A DNA stretch of 64,000 nucleotides from Candidatus Zixiibacteriota bacterium (GTDB lineage Bacteria; Zixibacteria; MSB-5A5; UM-FILTER-46-8). The stretch lies in the NCBI GenBank assembly GCA_014730345.1, contig WJIJ01000019.1:10809-74808 (forward strand), read 5' to 3'. Positions 20,862 through 30,994 of the stretch are shown piece by piece. The position numbers were made by a program, and so were the translations under genes. Position 1 is the first letter of the stretch. Each line of letters starts with the position of its first letter. The notes beneath the pieces were generated by a model that was not told the origin of the DNA, did no database searches, and saw only the letters and a program-made list of their open reading frames with translations.

Positions 20862-23800
20862 TGGACTATAACAAACAGACATCCCTTCTATTGAGGGCTT
20901 TGCGGATCCTGGTTTTCTCTATGCTTGTTATACCGCTCTGGGTTAACAACGCCGCGGCGTTGGATATTATCTCGTTTTACCCCGCTAATTTCTCGCTTGG
21001 TTTCGAGGCTACTGATTCCATAAGAGTGGTTTTCGATGCTATTATCGATGACGGGTCAGTTGATAGTACATCATTTTTGGTAAGGGGCAAAACGAGCGGA
21101 GTCTATCGGGGGACATACCGGGTATCGGCGGATACCGCGTGGTTTATTCCCCGCTGGCCATCGACTTTTATCTGGGGCGACATGATAACGGTTACAGTTA
21201 CCGAGGATGTCAGGACACCGATCAATGATTTCCTGGACCGGTCGGTGACATGGCAATTCTGGGTACGTCCTTCCGGCGGCGCAAGGGGCGCTACGGAGAG
21301 GTGGTTTGACCTTAATTCTTTCGACCCGGGCAAACTTATCGAGGTCGTCGATTTAGGTCCGGATGCCGACAGCATTCTTCATCAGCCGGACCTTGTCTCT
21401 ATCGGTCCCAAGCTTGGCGGCGACAGGGTTTCGTACTGGTTGAATGAATTTTCGAGCGACCCTGATATACCTTACCGTAATCCCCGGGCTGGTTTTTTTG
21501 ACCTCGATAACCAGCACAGCACGGATATAGAACCCGGCGATTTCAATAATGACGGCAGGATGGATCTTATTGTGGCCAATGAAGAAAGCGACTATTTCTA
21601 TTTTATTAAAAACACCGGCGGTTCTATCCCTCAGTTCGATTCTGTTTATTATGATATAGGAGGTATCCATTTCAACAGGTTTACCACTCTCGATTATGAC
21701 GGTGACGGATACCTTGATCTCGCGGGGATCAGCCCCGGGCAGAATATACTCGCGGTATTTCACAACGTCCCTTCAGGAAGCGAACGCGATTTCATAGTCG
21801 ACTGGGCTGACTCAACATCTGAATTCTGGCCCAGCGACTTGATCAGCGCTGATTTTAATAATGACCGGTTGATGGATATCGCGGTTTGCGCGAGAAATGA
21901 CGATGGGGAAAGCATTTATATTTACATTAACACCGGAGGTTTGCCGGGGAACCCATTCATTAGCGCCGTAATCCAGACCGGTCCCAATTCCATAACCGGG
22001 GTGGAAGCGGTAAACGCCGATGGCAATCAATCGCCTGACCTGCTTTTGTATTCCAGCCTTACCACTAACTGGCGGGCGGCTGTTATCAATAATCCCATGG
22101 GTCCTTCGACAAGCATAGATACCCTGCAGGGAATAGAACCGGGTATTCATGGTTACCCGGTAGATGCCAAAGCCGCGGATATTGAATTTAGCGGAGGCAT
22201 TAATCTCGAATACGCGGTGATTACCGAACAGAACTATCTTTTTCAGTATATCAGCGGATACGATAATCCCATCATAATAGGACCCGTCGTTGGGATGACC
22301 CTCGAAGAATCACCGCCCAAATTATCCCTCGCCGACCTCGACTACGACGGTGATATAGATATCCTCGTATCCTACGAAAGCGGCAATACAATTGTTGGCT
22401 GGCGCAATCCGGACACCCTCGAGAACCTGGTTGTGGTTCCCGATACAGTGAATTTCGGTATCGTGGAAATAAATACTGTTGATACATTGACCTATTCCAT
22501 AATAAACGCCGGCAATGAGATCGCCACCCTCGATGATATATACGGTGATGATCTTCCATTTAACGTGATTGATTTCCAGGCTGGAGATACGCTGGCACCC
22601 GGCGAGAGCAGTGATATAACGGCGGTATTCCAACCGCCAGCCTACGCTATATTCGAGGATACGGTTGTTCATGTTATAGGTTTAAGGTCTTTATACAGGT
22701 TCGAGGAAAATGTTATTTACTATGGAATTGGCGGCAAAAGGAGTTTTGGCCTTGATTCTGACACCATTGATTTCGGAGTTCAGTGCCGGGATACAGTCTT
22801 CCAGCAATTGCGGATAGAAAACTCATCTCCCGAAAACAATATGGAATTGGTTATCGATTCCTACCGGTGGAACCCGGCCGGTCAAGACCGTTTCCGGGTC
22901 AGGGGCGTGAGCTTGCCGGACACCATCCAGGCCGGGGAAGCTATAACATATTTTGTCGATTTCTTCGCCGACTCGATTTTTGCATCCTATTCGGCGTGGC
23001 TTGTTTTCGAACATAATGCCACCGGGACCGCGGGCATTGATTCGGTGTATATGACCGGCACCGTATTCTGCAATATTCCTCCCGAGGCCGACACGGTGCT
23101 TTTCACGATAAGCGAATGTTCCGATACCGCCTTGTACATTTCTTCTGAAAACTACCGCGATCCGGATAATCTCCCGCAGAACCTGAGTATTATTTCCGTG
23201 GTGGGATATCCATCCTGGGTAAGTTGGGACGGAGACACTACTTTGATTGCCAACCCCGGTCCCGAGGTGCAGGTTGATGAGGATACCGAATACTGGTTTC
23301 CGTACGTTATTACCGATGGGGCGGATACCGCTTCGTCCTGGATTGGTTTAACGCTTCTTGATGTTGAGAACGAACCTCCCGAAGTTGGTCCCCAGCTTTT
23401 CTCGATATTAGGGGATAGTACCCAGAATTTATCGCTGGAGATAAGCGACAACGATGGGGGCTGTTTAGGCTTTCCGGATATTGCTACAACATATACCAAC
23501 AGGTCGCTTCAACTACTTGGTGTGCTCCAAAATTATGATACATTGATTATTGTTCATCCTGATCAGGTACCGGAAGGCGATGTGCTGGTTTGCTCGCTTA
23601 TGGTTTCCGCTTTTGACGGTTTCGATTCATCCTATACAGTAATACCGGTTAATATTCTCCATAATCCTAATATCAAACCCGACCTGCGATTAATTGGACT
23701 GTCAGCGGCATCACAGCGCGTACCGGTGCGGGACTCGGTGGCGCTTACAGTTATTACCGATGTTATCCAAAACAGCTTCCCTGAAGAATATGTGATAGAA

Positions 23801-24283
23801 CTCCGCGACAATGACACCCTGTTCGCAGAGATAAGCATGCCTCCGCTGGGAAAGGACGAAGCTGACACTGTAACGGTTAGGCGATTGATTAGTTCGCTTG
23901 GCAACCATACTATAAACGCGCGGGCGGTTATTCCCCAGGGAGCGGCAGACAGGGATACCACTAACAATGAAAGGTCAATTATCGTGGTGGGAACCGAAGG
24001 GGACGTTATCGTCAAACCAAAGCCGTTTACTCCCAACGGCGATGGTTTTAATGACCGTTTGATTTTTGATTTAACCGCGTTGTACATAGATGAACCGCAG
24101 GTATTGATTTACTCGCTCGCGGGCGTAAAATTGAAGAAACTGGATGATGTATCCGCTGATAAGTTAATCTACTGGGATGGGAAGGATGATTCGGGACTGG
24201 ATCTCCCGCCCGGCGCGTATATGTTTATAGTAACGGACGGTTCTCGCAAACTGCATTCAGGTGTGATTTCCCTTGCAAGATAG
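20861..24283 (+). CDS. Large FG-GAP/VCBS-repeat adhesin-like protein with T9SS type-B (CHU_C, gliding-motility-associated) C-terminal domain
   Basis: 1140 aa. Signal peptide. Repeated FG-GAP-like Ca-binding loops (FNNDGRMDLIVAN, DYDGDGYLDLAG, DLDYDGDIDILVS, DFNNDRLMDIAV). The last about 90 aa contain PKPFTPNGDGFNDRLIF ... GAYMFIV, the hallmark of the type-B T9SS CTD. Confidence 0.72.
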   Translation: MDYNKQTSLLLRALRILVFSMLVIPLWVNNAAALDIISFYPANFSLGFEATDSIRVVFDAIIDDGSVDSTSFLVRGKTSGVYRGTYRVSADTAWFIPRWPSTFIWGDMITVTVTEDVRTPINDFLDRSVTWQFWVRPSGGARGATERWFDLNSFDPGKLIEVVDLGPDADSILHQPDLVSIGPKLGGDRVSYWLNEFSSDPDIPYRNPRAGFFDLDNQHSTDIEPGDFNNDGRMDLIVANEESDYFYFIKNTGGSIPQFDSVYYDIGGIHFNRFTTLDYDGDGYLDLAGISPGQNILAVFHNVPSGSERDFIVDWADSTSEFWPSDLISADFNNDRLMDIAVCARNDDGESIYIYINTGGLPGNPFISAVIQTGPNSITGVEAVNADGNQSPDLLLYSSLTTNWRAAVINNPMGPSTSIDTLQGIEPGIHGYPVDAKAADIEFSGGINLEYAVITEQNYLFQYISGYDNPIIIGPVVGMTLEESPPKLSLADLDYDGDIDILVSYESGNTIVGWRNPDTLENLVVVPDTVNFGIVEINTVDTLTYSIINAGNEIATLDDIYGDDLPFNVIDFQAGDTLAPGESSDITAVFQPPAYAIFEDTVVHVIGLRSLYRFEENVIYYGIGGKRSFGLDSDTIDFGVQCRDTVFQQLRIENSSPENNMELVIDSYRWNPAGQDRFRVRGVSLPDTIQAGEAITYFVDFFADSIFASYSAWLVFEHNATGTAGIDSVYMTGTVFCNIPPEADTVLFTISECSDTALYISSENYRDPDNLPQNLSIISVVGYPSWVSWDGDTTLIANPGPEVQVDEDTEYWFPYVITDGADTASSWIGLTLLDVENEPPEVGPQLFSILGDSTQNLSLEISDNDGGCLGFPDIATTYTNRSLQLLGVLQNYDTLIIVHPDQVPEGDVLVCSLMVSAFDGFDSSYTVIPVNILHNPNIKPDLRLIGLSAASQRVPVRDSVALTVITDVIQNSFPEEYVIELRDNDTLFAEISMPPLGKDEADTVTVRRLISSLGNHTINARAVIPQGAADRDTTNNERSIIVVGTEGDVIVKPKPFTPNGDGFNDRLIFDLTALYIDEPQVLIYSLAGVKLKKLDDVSADKLIYWDGKDDSGLDLPPGAYMFIVTDGSRKLHSGVISLAR

Positions 24284-24291
24284 ACAGGTAA

Positions 24292-26106
24292 ATGGTTTTT
24301 AAGATATTAAAATACGCAATGCTTATCTCTTCGTTCCTGCTGTTATTCACTCCGATCGTATATAGCCAGAATATGTTTGATGACAATCCGGCTGATATCG
24401 ATGGCGCCGTTGCCATCTACTCCAATCCGGCTCTTGGATACTTCGTGGAAAACAGGCTGGTACTGGGTATGGATGCCAGGTATCTGGGTCTTTTGGATAA
24501 CCAGCTTGGTTTAAGAAATCTCTATATTAACTATATCCCTTCATGGAGATTCCGGGGTTTCTCTTTTGGAGCGCAAACATTCAGCGCGGATATTTATAAT
24601 CAAACCACCTTTGGCGTTTCTTATTCCCGTAGTTTGCTGATAAAAAATCTGTCCGTTGGCGCTTCTGTTAACATATTCAACCGGGGTTTCGACAAGGATG
24701 ATTTCGATTTGATAGACAGCAATGACCCGGTTCTTGGTACCAGCCTGTCCAAAACCAATCTTGATATCACCATGGGAATAGCGTTCTTCCCGGTATCCAA
24801 TGTATGCGTTGGTTTTTCTGCTGAGCATATTAATCAACCTAATATAGCAATCGATGGCGACTATTCTCATCCTGCAATGATTTCGCTGGGCGCTAAAGCG
24901 TACTTCGGTAGATTGCATCCGTCTTTGTTTCTATCGAATCTCGAATGGTACGATAATTTAACCCTGTGGGACGCTGTAAAGCGCAACAAGTACCTGCTTA
25001 CATTCGGACTTGACTATGAATTATCAAACAGGTTTATAGTAGGTTCACAAATCAACCGCTCAGGTGCAGGCGTGGGAACAATGTTTAAGATTACTGATCT
25101 ACTCGGCGTGGATTACAGGTATGAATATCCGGTGACCGACATTAATAAATTCGCGTGGGGTTCACACCGGTTGAGCATGGTCTTCGAATTCGATTATGTA
25201 CCCGCTTACCGCCCGTCGGCCGGGATTGTTGAACCACCGGTACCCGTTTATTCTCCGCCCGAAATTGCGGTCAGCAACAGTTCCGACCTGTTTGCATTTT
25301 CGGATGTGGATAGCGTAACTATTCTGGAGCGGGAGATAAACCGCAGGCTCGATAAAGAAATCGACATGAACGAATTCGCGAAACTGAAACCTGCGGAATT
25401 GAACATAACCAGCGGAATCCTCCAGCTCGAAGACAGGTATTTCGCGGCCGATACCGTAGCGGTGAAAGATCCGCTTTCGGAGTTGAAGGGCGCTTATTCA
25501 ACATCTTACCGGGGCGCCTTGAATTCGATCGTTTACGGTATCAAGGAGAAAAGGACCTTGAAAGCCAGTCTTGTAGCGGGGCCCGATAACCTCCAACGGG
25601 CGAATTCCATGTATAACCTGATATCGGGATACGGCCAGCTATTCCCGGAGAACCTTGCAGTCGTAGTGCCGTACTACAGTATAACAGATACGACCGCGGG
25701 GGATATTAATATAATGGCTATGGAACCGGTCGAAAACAGGATTGATATTATTCCCGAGGAGATGAATTTTAAAATCCTGCGGCAGAACCATAGCGGCCAG
25801 GTTTCTGAATGGGCTTTGATGATAAATACTTACGAAGATATTACCGTGAAACTGTGGAATGGAGCCGGGAATCTCCCGGAAGAGATAAAATGGGATTTGC
25901 GTGATGATAGAGGGGAACTGATTAAAGAGGGACAGTATTATTATTATCTTGAATGGCTCGAACCGGACGGGAGTACGCGTCGGTCTTTCAGACAGCAACT
26001 TACAGTCTTGCGTATCCAGAAGAGATTGTTTATAGATGTAACTACGCAACCTTCGTATGACAGATTAAAAGAGGCAGATAAGATAGATTTAATTTTGGGT
26101 CGGTAA
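24292..26106 (+). CDS. PorP/SprF-family T9SS outer-membrane protein homologue with a long C-terminal extension
   Basis: 604 aa. Signal peptide then the IYSNPALGY motif typical of the PorP/SprF N-terminus. Predicted beta-strand-rich first half of about 300 aa. Located 8 nt downstream of a type-B CTD cargo gene, the canonical arrangement. The C-terminal 300 aa have no recognisable family. Confidence 0.5.
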   Translation: MVFKILKYAMLISSFLLLFTPIVYSQNMFDDNPADIDGAVAIYSNPALGYFVENRLVLGMDARYLGLLDNQLGLRNLYINYIPSWRFRGFSFGAQTFSADIYNQTTFGVSYSRSLLIKNLSVGASVNIFNRGFDKDDFDLIDSNDPVLGTSLSKTNLDITMGIAFFPVSNVCVGFSAEHINQPNIAIDGDYSHPAMISLGAKAYFGRLHPSLFLSNLEWYDNLTLWDAVKRNKYLLTFGLDYELSNRFIVGSQINRSGAGVGTMFKITDLLGVDYRYEYPVTDINKFAWGSHRLSMVFEFDYVPAYRPSAGIVEPPVPVYSPPEIAVSNSSDLFAFSDVDSVTILEREINRRLDKEIDMNEFAKLKPAELNITSGILQLEDRYFAADTVAVKDPLSELKGAYSTSYRGALNSIVYGIKEKRTLKASLVAGPDNLQRANSMYNLISGYGQLFPENLAVVVPYYSITDTTAGDINIMAMEPVENRIDIIPEEMNFKILRQNHSGQVSEWALMINTYEDITVKLWNGAGNLPEEIKWDLRDDRGELIKEGQYYYYLEWLEPDGSTRRSFRQQLTVLRIQKRLFIDVTTQPSYDRLKEADKIDLILGR

Positions 26107-26163
26107 CATCGATCCGATAAATAAAATAAGGGAAATACCGGATTACGGATAAGGAGCAGGTGA

Positions 26164-26940
26164 ATGAAAATCGGGATACTAACTATATTGATGACAGCGC
26201 TTTTATTTATGCCATTTTGCGTTTTGTTCGCGCAAACCGGTGATCAGACCGCGGATGAAAGCGCGTCAGCCATTGAGAATACAACTGTGCAGGATACTGT
26301 AGCGCAGGACTACAGCATCGGCGGAATCCTGGCAAGGGCCGGCAAGACAAGATATTTTATTTATGGAGTTCTTGCCCTGGGAGTATTTTTCATAATTTTT
26401 CAGTTTATATTGCTGACCCTCGACAGGAAAAGGTCGGCAGGATTGCGCAAATCGGATCTGGAAAAGATGCCTGTAGAGTCTATACGGAAACGCCTCGAGA
26501 CCGAACCGGATTCATCGGTCAACAGCGCGCTCCTGATGCTTTACCGGGTTTATTCCTCGTCCCGGGATATCAGTGCGTTGAATGAGGAAATAAATTCGTT
26601 TCTCGGGGGCATGAAATCGAGGTTTTCAACATTTACGAATTGGATGAATTTCCTGTCCGATGCCGCTGGAGCTCTGGGTTTATTGGGTACCGTTATTGGT
26701 ATGTTTACCACATTTTTCGGCGCGGATACCGGGTTTGATAACCGCAAAATACTTGACGGTATGGGTATCGCCCTTATCACCACCTTACTCGGCATTATCG
26801 TAAGTTTGATACTAAACCTGCTTACAGTACTGGTAACCAACTACCATAACCGGAATCTCGAATACGTTATGGAAAAATCGGATGAATTCCGCATTATCGC
26901 CGCCCGCAGCCAGAGAAGGGATGAAGCTCCCCGGGCGTAG
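26164..26940 (+). CDS. exbB: MotA/TolQ/ExbB-family proton channel
   Basis: 258 aa. Signal peptide plus three TM helices. Diagnostic LGLLGTVIGMFTTF and GIALITTLLGIIVSLILN motifs. Strong RBS AAGGAG. Confidence 0.8.
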   Translation: MKIGILTILMTALLFMPFCVLFAQTGDQTADESASAIENTTVQDTVAQDYSIGGILARAGKTRYFIYGVLALGVFFIIFQFILLTLDRKRSAGLRKSDLEKMPVESIRKRLETEPDSSVNSALLMLYRVYSSSRDISALNEEINSFLGGMKSRFSTFTNWMNFLSDAAGALGLLGTVIGMFTTFFGADTGFDNRKILDGMGIALITTLLGIIVSLILNLLTVLVTNYHNRNLEYVMEKSDEFRIIAARSQRRDEAPRA

Positions 26941-26958
26941 AATGGAGATTAAAGCAAA

Positions 26959-27339
26959 ATGTTGCTGAGATTGGTAGACATAACCCTTATCCTGCTTTTC
27001 GGATTTATATCCATTAGTTCTATAGAACCACGCACCAATATACGCCTGCCCGAAGCGGAATATGCCGAATTCGACTCCCAAAAACGGAGAGCGGTTGAAA
27101 TTATCGGGATAGATAACCAGGGACGTATCCTTATCAGCGAAGAGAGATACCGGGTGGATAGAGAACTCCTGCTCCCCTACCTTATTCAAAAACGAGAACA
27201 ATTCGATTCGCTGAGAGTAAAAATCAGGGCAGAACGCGACGCGGAGATCATAGATGTCAAAAAGGTCGCATTGCTCTGTGATTCCCTGAGAATACCCAAG
27301 AGCATCGAGGTGCGTATGCCGGAGGGAAGCAGGCGATGA
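26959..27339 (+). CDS. exbD: ExbD/TolR-family protein
   Basis: 126 aa. N-terminal RLVDITLILLFGFI TM typical of ExbD. ATGA overlap with the next gene. Confidence 0.6.
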   Translation: MLLRLVDITLILLFGFISISSIEPRTNIRLPEAEYAEFDSQKRRAVEIIGIDNQGRILISEERYRVDRELLLPYLIQKREQFDSLRVKIRAERDAEIIDVKKVALLCDSLRIPKSIEVRMPEGSRR

Positions 27340-27731
27340 AACGCAAAGGGATAATAATCCGATTAATTGACGTTGTTTTGATAATCCTCCTCGGATTTTT
27401 AGCCATTTCCGATTTCCAGGCTAAAACGCCCATCGACCTTCCCGATTTAACTCCGGATGAGGAGATTGTCAAGGAACCGGAACTCGAGGAAATTCCGATA
27501 GCGGAAGTGGTAATTGACAACGAAAACAAGTTTATTTTTTCCGTCAACCAGGCTGACACAATTATCCTCGACAACAAGGAAGACCTTGAATATACCATAT
27601 ATGATTTTTATTCGCGGGATACATCTATGGTAGTGCTAATCCTGCCCCGGGACAGCTCCGAGGTGCAGGCCACCGTGGATGTAATCGATATATGCGAAAA
27701 ATATGAAATTCCCAGAAATCTGACATTTTAA
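27336..27731 (+). CDS. exbD: ExbD/TolR-family protein (second copy)
   Basis: 131 aa. N-terminal RLIDVVLIILLGFL TM. Directly follows the first ExbD-like gene. Confidence 0.6.
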   Translation: MKRKGIIIRLIDVVLIILLGFLAISDFQAKTPIDLPDLTPDEEIVKEPELEEIPIAEVVIDNENKFIFSVNQADTIILDNKEDLEYTIYDFYSRDTSMVVLILPRDSSEVQATVDVIDICEKYEIPRNLTF

Positions 27732-28673
27732 ATGTACTACGCAAAAAACGAAAATAAGATAAAGCTAATATCGGCGATAATCACGGTGATTATACTGCCG
27801 CTTGTTTACTTCGCCGTAAAAAACCAGACCCCATTCGTGTTTTTACGGCAGATGGCCGAAGAATCCTCCAGGTGGATAACAATTATGAGGCCCGAACCGC
27901 CGCCTGAACCGCCTGATGTGCGCGATGAGCTTTTACGCAGGCTGGAGAGTTTAAAGCAGAGAACCCAGCAAGCGCTCCTTGAGCGAATGGAACGATTGAC
28001 AGAGGAGTTTCAGAAAAATCCGGAACGTATCCAGATTGATAATCGCCCGCAATTCGCACTTCAGCAGGACAGGCTTCGGGACGCAATCGACCGCGTAGGT
28101 TCCGGAAAGCGCGCCAACAGCAAGATACGATCCGGGGGTATAGATTTCACTCCCGGGGGAAATTATAATTTCGGAAACAGCAGTCAGGGCGGCAGTTTTT
28201 CCGGCAAGCGGGAGGGTGTTGCCCGCAAAGATGTCAATGCCGTTACCCCGGGCGATATGAACTGGGCGGAATTCGGTGATGTTAATCTCGACGATGATAT
28301 CTCCAGCGACTATGATAGATTATTGCAGTGGGTTAAAAACCATCCGAAATCTCTTCCAAATGTTTTCATTAACTTGATGGAAGGCGAACGGACTGATCCC
28401 CAGACGATAATTAGGCATAAACACGCCGATATATATCTGTTAATTAATGACCGGGCCAAGCTGGTTAATATCGCTGTTGTAAACAGCGACAGCGTGGCTG
28501 TTATGATCGACCATGGCCTGGCATTGGAAATACGCAAACTTGACCTTGGCGAGGTTTTCCGGAGGAACGAGGACTCGATCATCGGTCTCGATGTCAATCC
28601 CGCTCAAACCCGCAGGAGTTTATACGAGCCGTGGTATACGGCGTTTCGATCATGGTGGGAAGGAATAAGATGA
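27732..28673 (+). CDS. TonB-like protein: N-terminal TM anchor, proline-rich spacer (RPEPPPEPPD), non-canonical C-terminal domain
   Basis: 313 aa. TM at residues about 12-32 and a Pro/Glu-rich segment as in TonB. The C-terminal 120 aa do not resemble the TonB_C fold by eye. Positioned after exbB-exbD-exbD. Confidence 0.45.
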   Translation: MYYAKNENKIKLISAIITVIILPLVYFAVKNQTPFVFLRQMAEESSRWITIMRPEPPPEPPDVRDELLRRLESLKQRTQQALLERMERLTEEFQKNPERIQIDNRPQFALQQDRLRDAIDRVGSGKRANSKIRSGGIDFTPGGNYNFGNSSQGGSFSGKREGVARKDVNAVTPGDMNWAEFGDVNLDDDISSDYDRLLQWVKNHPKSLPNVFINLMEGERTDPQTIIRHKHADIYLLINDRAKLVNIAVVNSDSVAVMIDHGLALEIRKLDLGEVFRRNEDSIIGLDVNPAQTRRSLYEPWYTAFRSWWEGIR

Positions 28674-30256
28674 AAAGGAAGCGTATCGAATTCTATATAT
28701 TGTTGGCAGGTCTAATCATCATGGTTGCCTGTTCAGGGTCTCCAAAAGAGGATACATTAAAACCGGTCGGCGCGCCTGTTACGATTGACACCGTTACTGT
28801 TTATGTCCCGATTCCCCCCGGTATCGATACTACAACAGCGATAGAAGCATACAAACTTGCCGATAAAAGCTTCGTTTCATTAAGCGAGGACTCACTCGCG
28901 GATGCGCTTTATGATGAAGGACATCAGTTGAAAATTGAGGTCGACTCGATCTGGAGCGAATATGAAAAAGCGCTTAACGAGAAAGATTCAGTTGACAATG
29001 ATACAACTGGAATGGGAATGACTATGCGCGCGCTTGAACTTCATGACCAGTATGACAGGTATTATCCCTCGCAAGAAGCATCTCCGGAAGCTATTGCCAA
29101 TATACCAGAGGCCAGATTTCGGCGGCTGGTAACCAATTACGAACGCGCGCGGGATATCATGGAACAGGTTATCCTTATAAATCCATATAATGACCTGTAT
29201 CGAGGATTCCTGGCCACCCTGTATTCCCGGCTTGCCCAGCTCCACCGGTCCCGCGATGACCTTGAAAAATCTATAGAGTTGTATGAAAACCTTATACGTC
29301 TCAACAAGGGATACTTCCGCAACTATTACAACGTTGCCCAGGTTTATGAAGACGCCGGCGATTATCGAAAGGCCTATGAAAACTACAGGAAGGCTGAGGA
29401 GATACTGTTGGAGACCTGGCATTTTGAAACCACGGACACAAACGCGTTCAGGGTCAAGGCATGCCGTCTCGATGATTTTCCGCTTATTGAATATGCCACT
29501 TACATTTTCAGCCAGGCGCTTATGCAGGAGAGAATGTGGCGGGTCGAGAACGCGATTGTCGATTACCGCAGGCTCCGTGAAGTTTCCCGTATGGCCGGTG
29601 ACCGGGAGTATGAACAGTACGCAATAGATGGTATCGCTGAACTTCAATGGGATTACGGCGATATAGCCGCCAGGCAAAAATGGCTCGAATTCTGGGATGT
29701 ACGGCAGAATGATGAAGACCGGGCGGCTTTGCTTTTAAGGGATTTACTGCCGCGTTTGGATGATCCCGATGTTAGAATAATGGCCCAATTCGAGATGGGA
29801 GTTCTTGAATGGACTTCTCTAAACCAGCGTGAGCAGGCTATAACAAGGATAGGGATACTTGTCGATGAGATTGAGCTCGATGAAAATGGCGCTGTTGTCG
29901 ACACGTCATATTACCGGATTATAAACAGCTATGGGTCGATGTGTTTCACCCTCGGAAAGGAATACGAAGATACGGATAAAGTAAAATCTCTCCAATACTA
30001 CCTTGAATCGACAAAATACGAATGGGACCATCGCGGTTCAGGTTTGATTAACTGCATGATTAAACTTCAAAACAGACCGGAGGAAGTTGTTAGACTCGGG
30101 CAGATGGCGGTTGATTATACCGGACAGTTGAACGAGCAGGAATTGAAATTGCTTTTCCAGTTAATGATTGATTCGTACAAAAAAATTGGCGATTTCAGGA
30201 GCGCGCGTATGTATTATTCGAGATGGCGGGACTTGCAAAACATGAGTGGAGGTTAA
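28670..30256 (+). CDS. TPR-repeat lipoprotein
   Basis: Start MKRKRIEFYILLAGLIIMVACSGS (lipobox VAC) overlaps the TonB-like stop (ATGA). Long array of TPR-like helices. Confidence 0.6.
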   Translation: MKRKRIEFYILLAGLIIMVACSGSPKEDTLKPVGAPVTIDTVTVYVPIPPGIDTTTAIEAYKLADKSFVSLSEDSLADALYDEGHQLKIEVDSIWSEYEKALNEKDSVDNDTTGMGMTMRALELHDQYDRYYPSQEASPEAIANIPEARFRRLVTNYERARDIMEQVILINPYNDLYRGFLATLYSRLAQLHRSRDDLEKSIELYENLIRLNKGYFRNYYNVAQVYEDAGDYRKAYENYRKAEEILLETWHFETTDTNAFRVKACRLDDFPLIEYATYIFSQALMQERMWRVENAIVDYRRLREVSRMAGDREYEQYAIDGIAELQWDYGDIAARQKWLEFWDVRQNDEDRAALLLRDLLPRLDDPDVRIMAQFEMGVLEWTSLNQREQAITRIGILVDEIELDENGAVVDTSYYRIINSYGSMCFTLGKEYEDTDKVKSLQYYLESTKYEWDHRGSGLINCMIKLQNRPEEVVRLGQMAVDYTGQLNEQELKLLFQLMIDSYKKIGDFRSARMYYSRWRDLQNMSGG

Positions 30257-30268
30257 AGAGAAGCGCTT

Positions 30269-30994
30269 ATGCCGGGTTATAATAAAGTAATGATTGCCAT
30301 ACTGGGAATAATCATGTTCCCGATGGCTATATTTGCCCAACCGTCGGTTGTTCCCCATAAAGTTGATAAAGCGGTGATAACTGATAAGGTACTTATACGG
30401 GAAATTGCCGCCGAGATGTATATCACCGTTGATATTGAAACCGTGGAGAAGATGGAGATTATTGATATCACCGGGGATGGTTTCGGTAAAAATGATATCG
30501 CTAAAGTTTTTCCTTCAGAGCGATTCTTCCAGCTAAGCGAAATATCCGATGAACTCGAAGAGGAGATGGGCAGTTGGAAAAGGGAGGCCGCCGGTGGTGT
30601 TGTATTTGAGAACCTGCCCGCCGATGAATTCCGTGAGATTTACAACGGGCGGAAACTACCCCAATATCTTTTGCTGGCCAATATCGGCTATGCCCTGGAA
30701 CAGATTTACGGCGACAGTTTGCCCATTGAGCTCTACTACAGCAAGGACACAACAGGAATCATATTCCATTACTGGGGTTACGTGGAAGACTCGCTGGTTT
30801 ATCGTCCCGGGAAAAGGGGAGATGTAGCCAGGACTACGGCTTATGATTTGATGTATGTGTTGAAGAATGATACCACGGTTGTGGTGGATACGACGATGTA
30901 CGATATAATGTTCATTTATAAAACACTGACGGACACGGTCTACCTGCCCGGTCCTGGAAAATTACCACAGGGGAGAGGGCCAATAAATGAATAA
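30269..30994 (+). CDS. Hypothetical secreted protein
   Basis: 241 aa. N-terminal signal peptide. No recognisable domain. Tightly packed in the array and overlaps the next gene by 8 nt. Confidence 0.35.
   Translation: MPGYNKVMIAILGIIMFPMAIFAQPSVVPHKVDKAVITDKVLIREIAAEMYITVDIETVEKMEIIDITGDGFGKNDIAKVFPSERFFQLSEISDELEEEMGSWKREAAGGVVFENLPADEFREIYNGRKLPQYLLLANIGYALEQIYGDSLPIELYYSKDTTGIIFHYWGYVEDSLVYRPGKRGDVARTTAYDLMYVLKNDTTVVVDTTMYDIMFIYKTLTDTVYLPGPGKLPQGRGPINE

Noticed and set aside
21353-22672. Several 90-136-aa minus-strand ORFs inside the FG-GAP adhesin gene
   Set aside because: All lie antisense to a continuous 1140-aa reading frame that has repeated family motifs. They are Arg/Gly-rich translation artefacts.
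26164-26940. Possibility that the MotA/TolQ/ExbB-like gene is a GldL/PorL T9SS motor subunit
   Set aside because: The protein has the classic ExbB/TolQ LGLLGTVxGM and C-terminal TM pair rather than the two-TM GldL architecture with a long cytoplasmic tail. It is called ExbB-family, although its functional role (TonB system versus motility-like motor) remains open.
28988-29677. 229-aa minus-strand ORF inside the TPR lipoprotein gene
   Set aside because: Antisense to a well-supported, translationally coupled gene. No RBS or recognisable domain. Typical shadow ORF.
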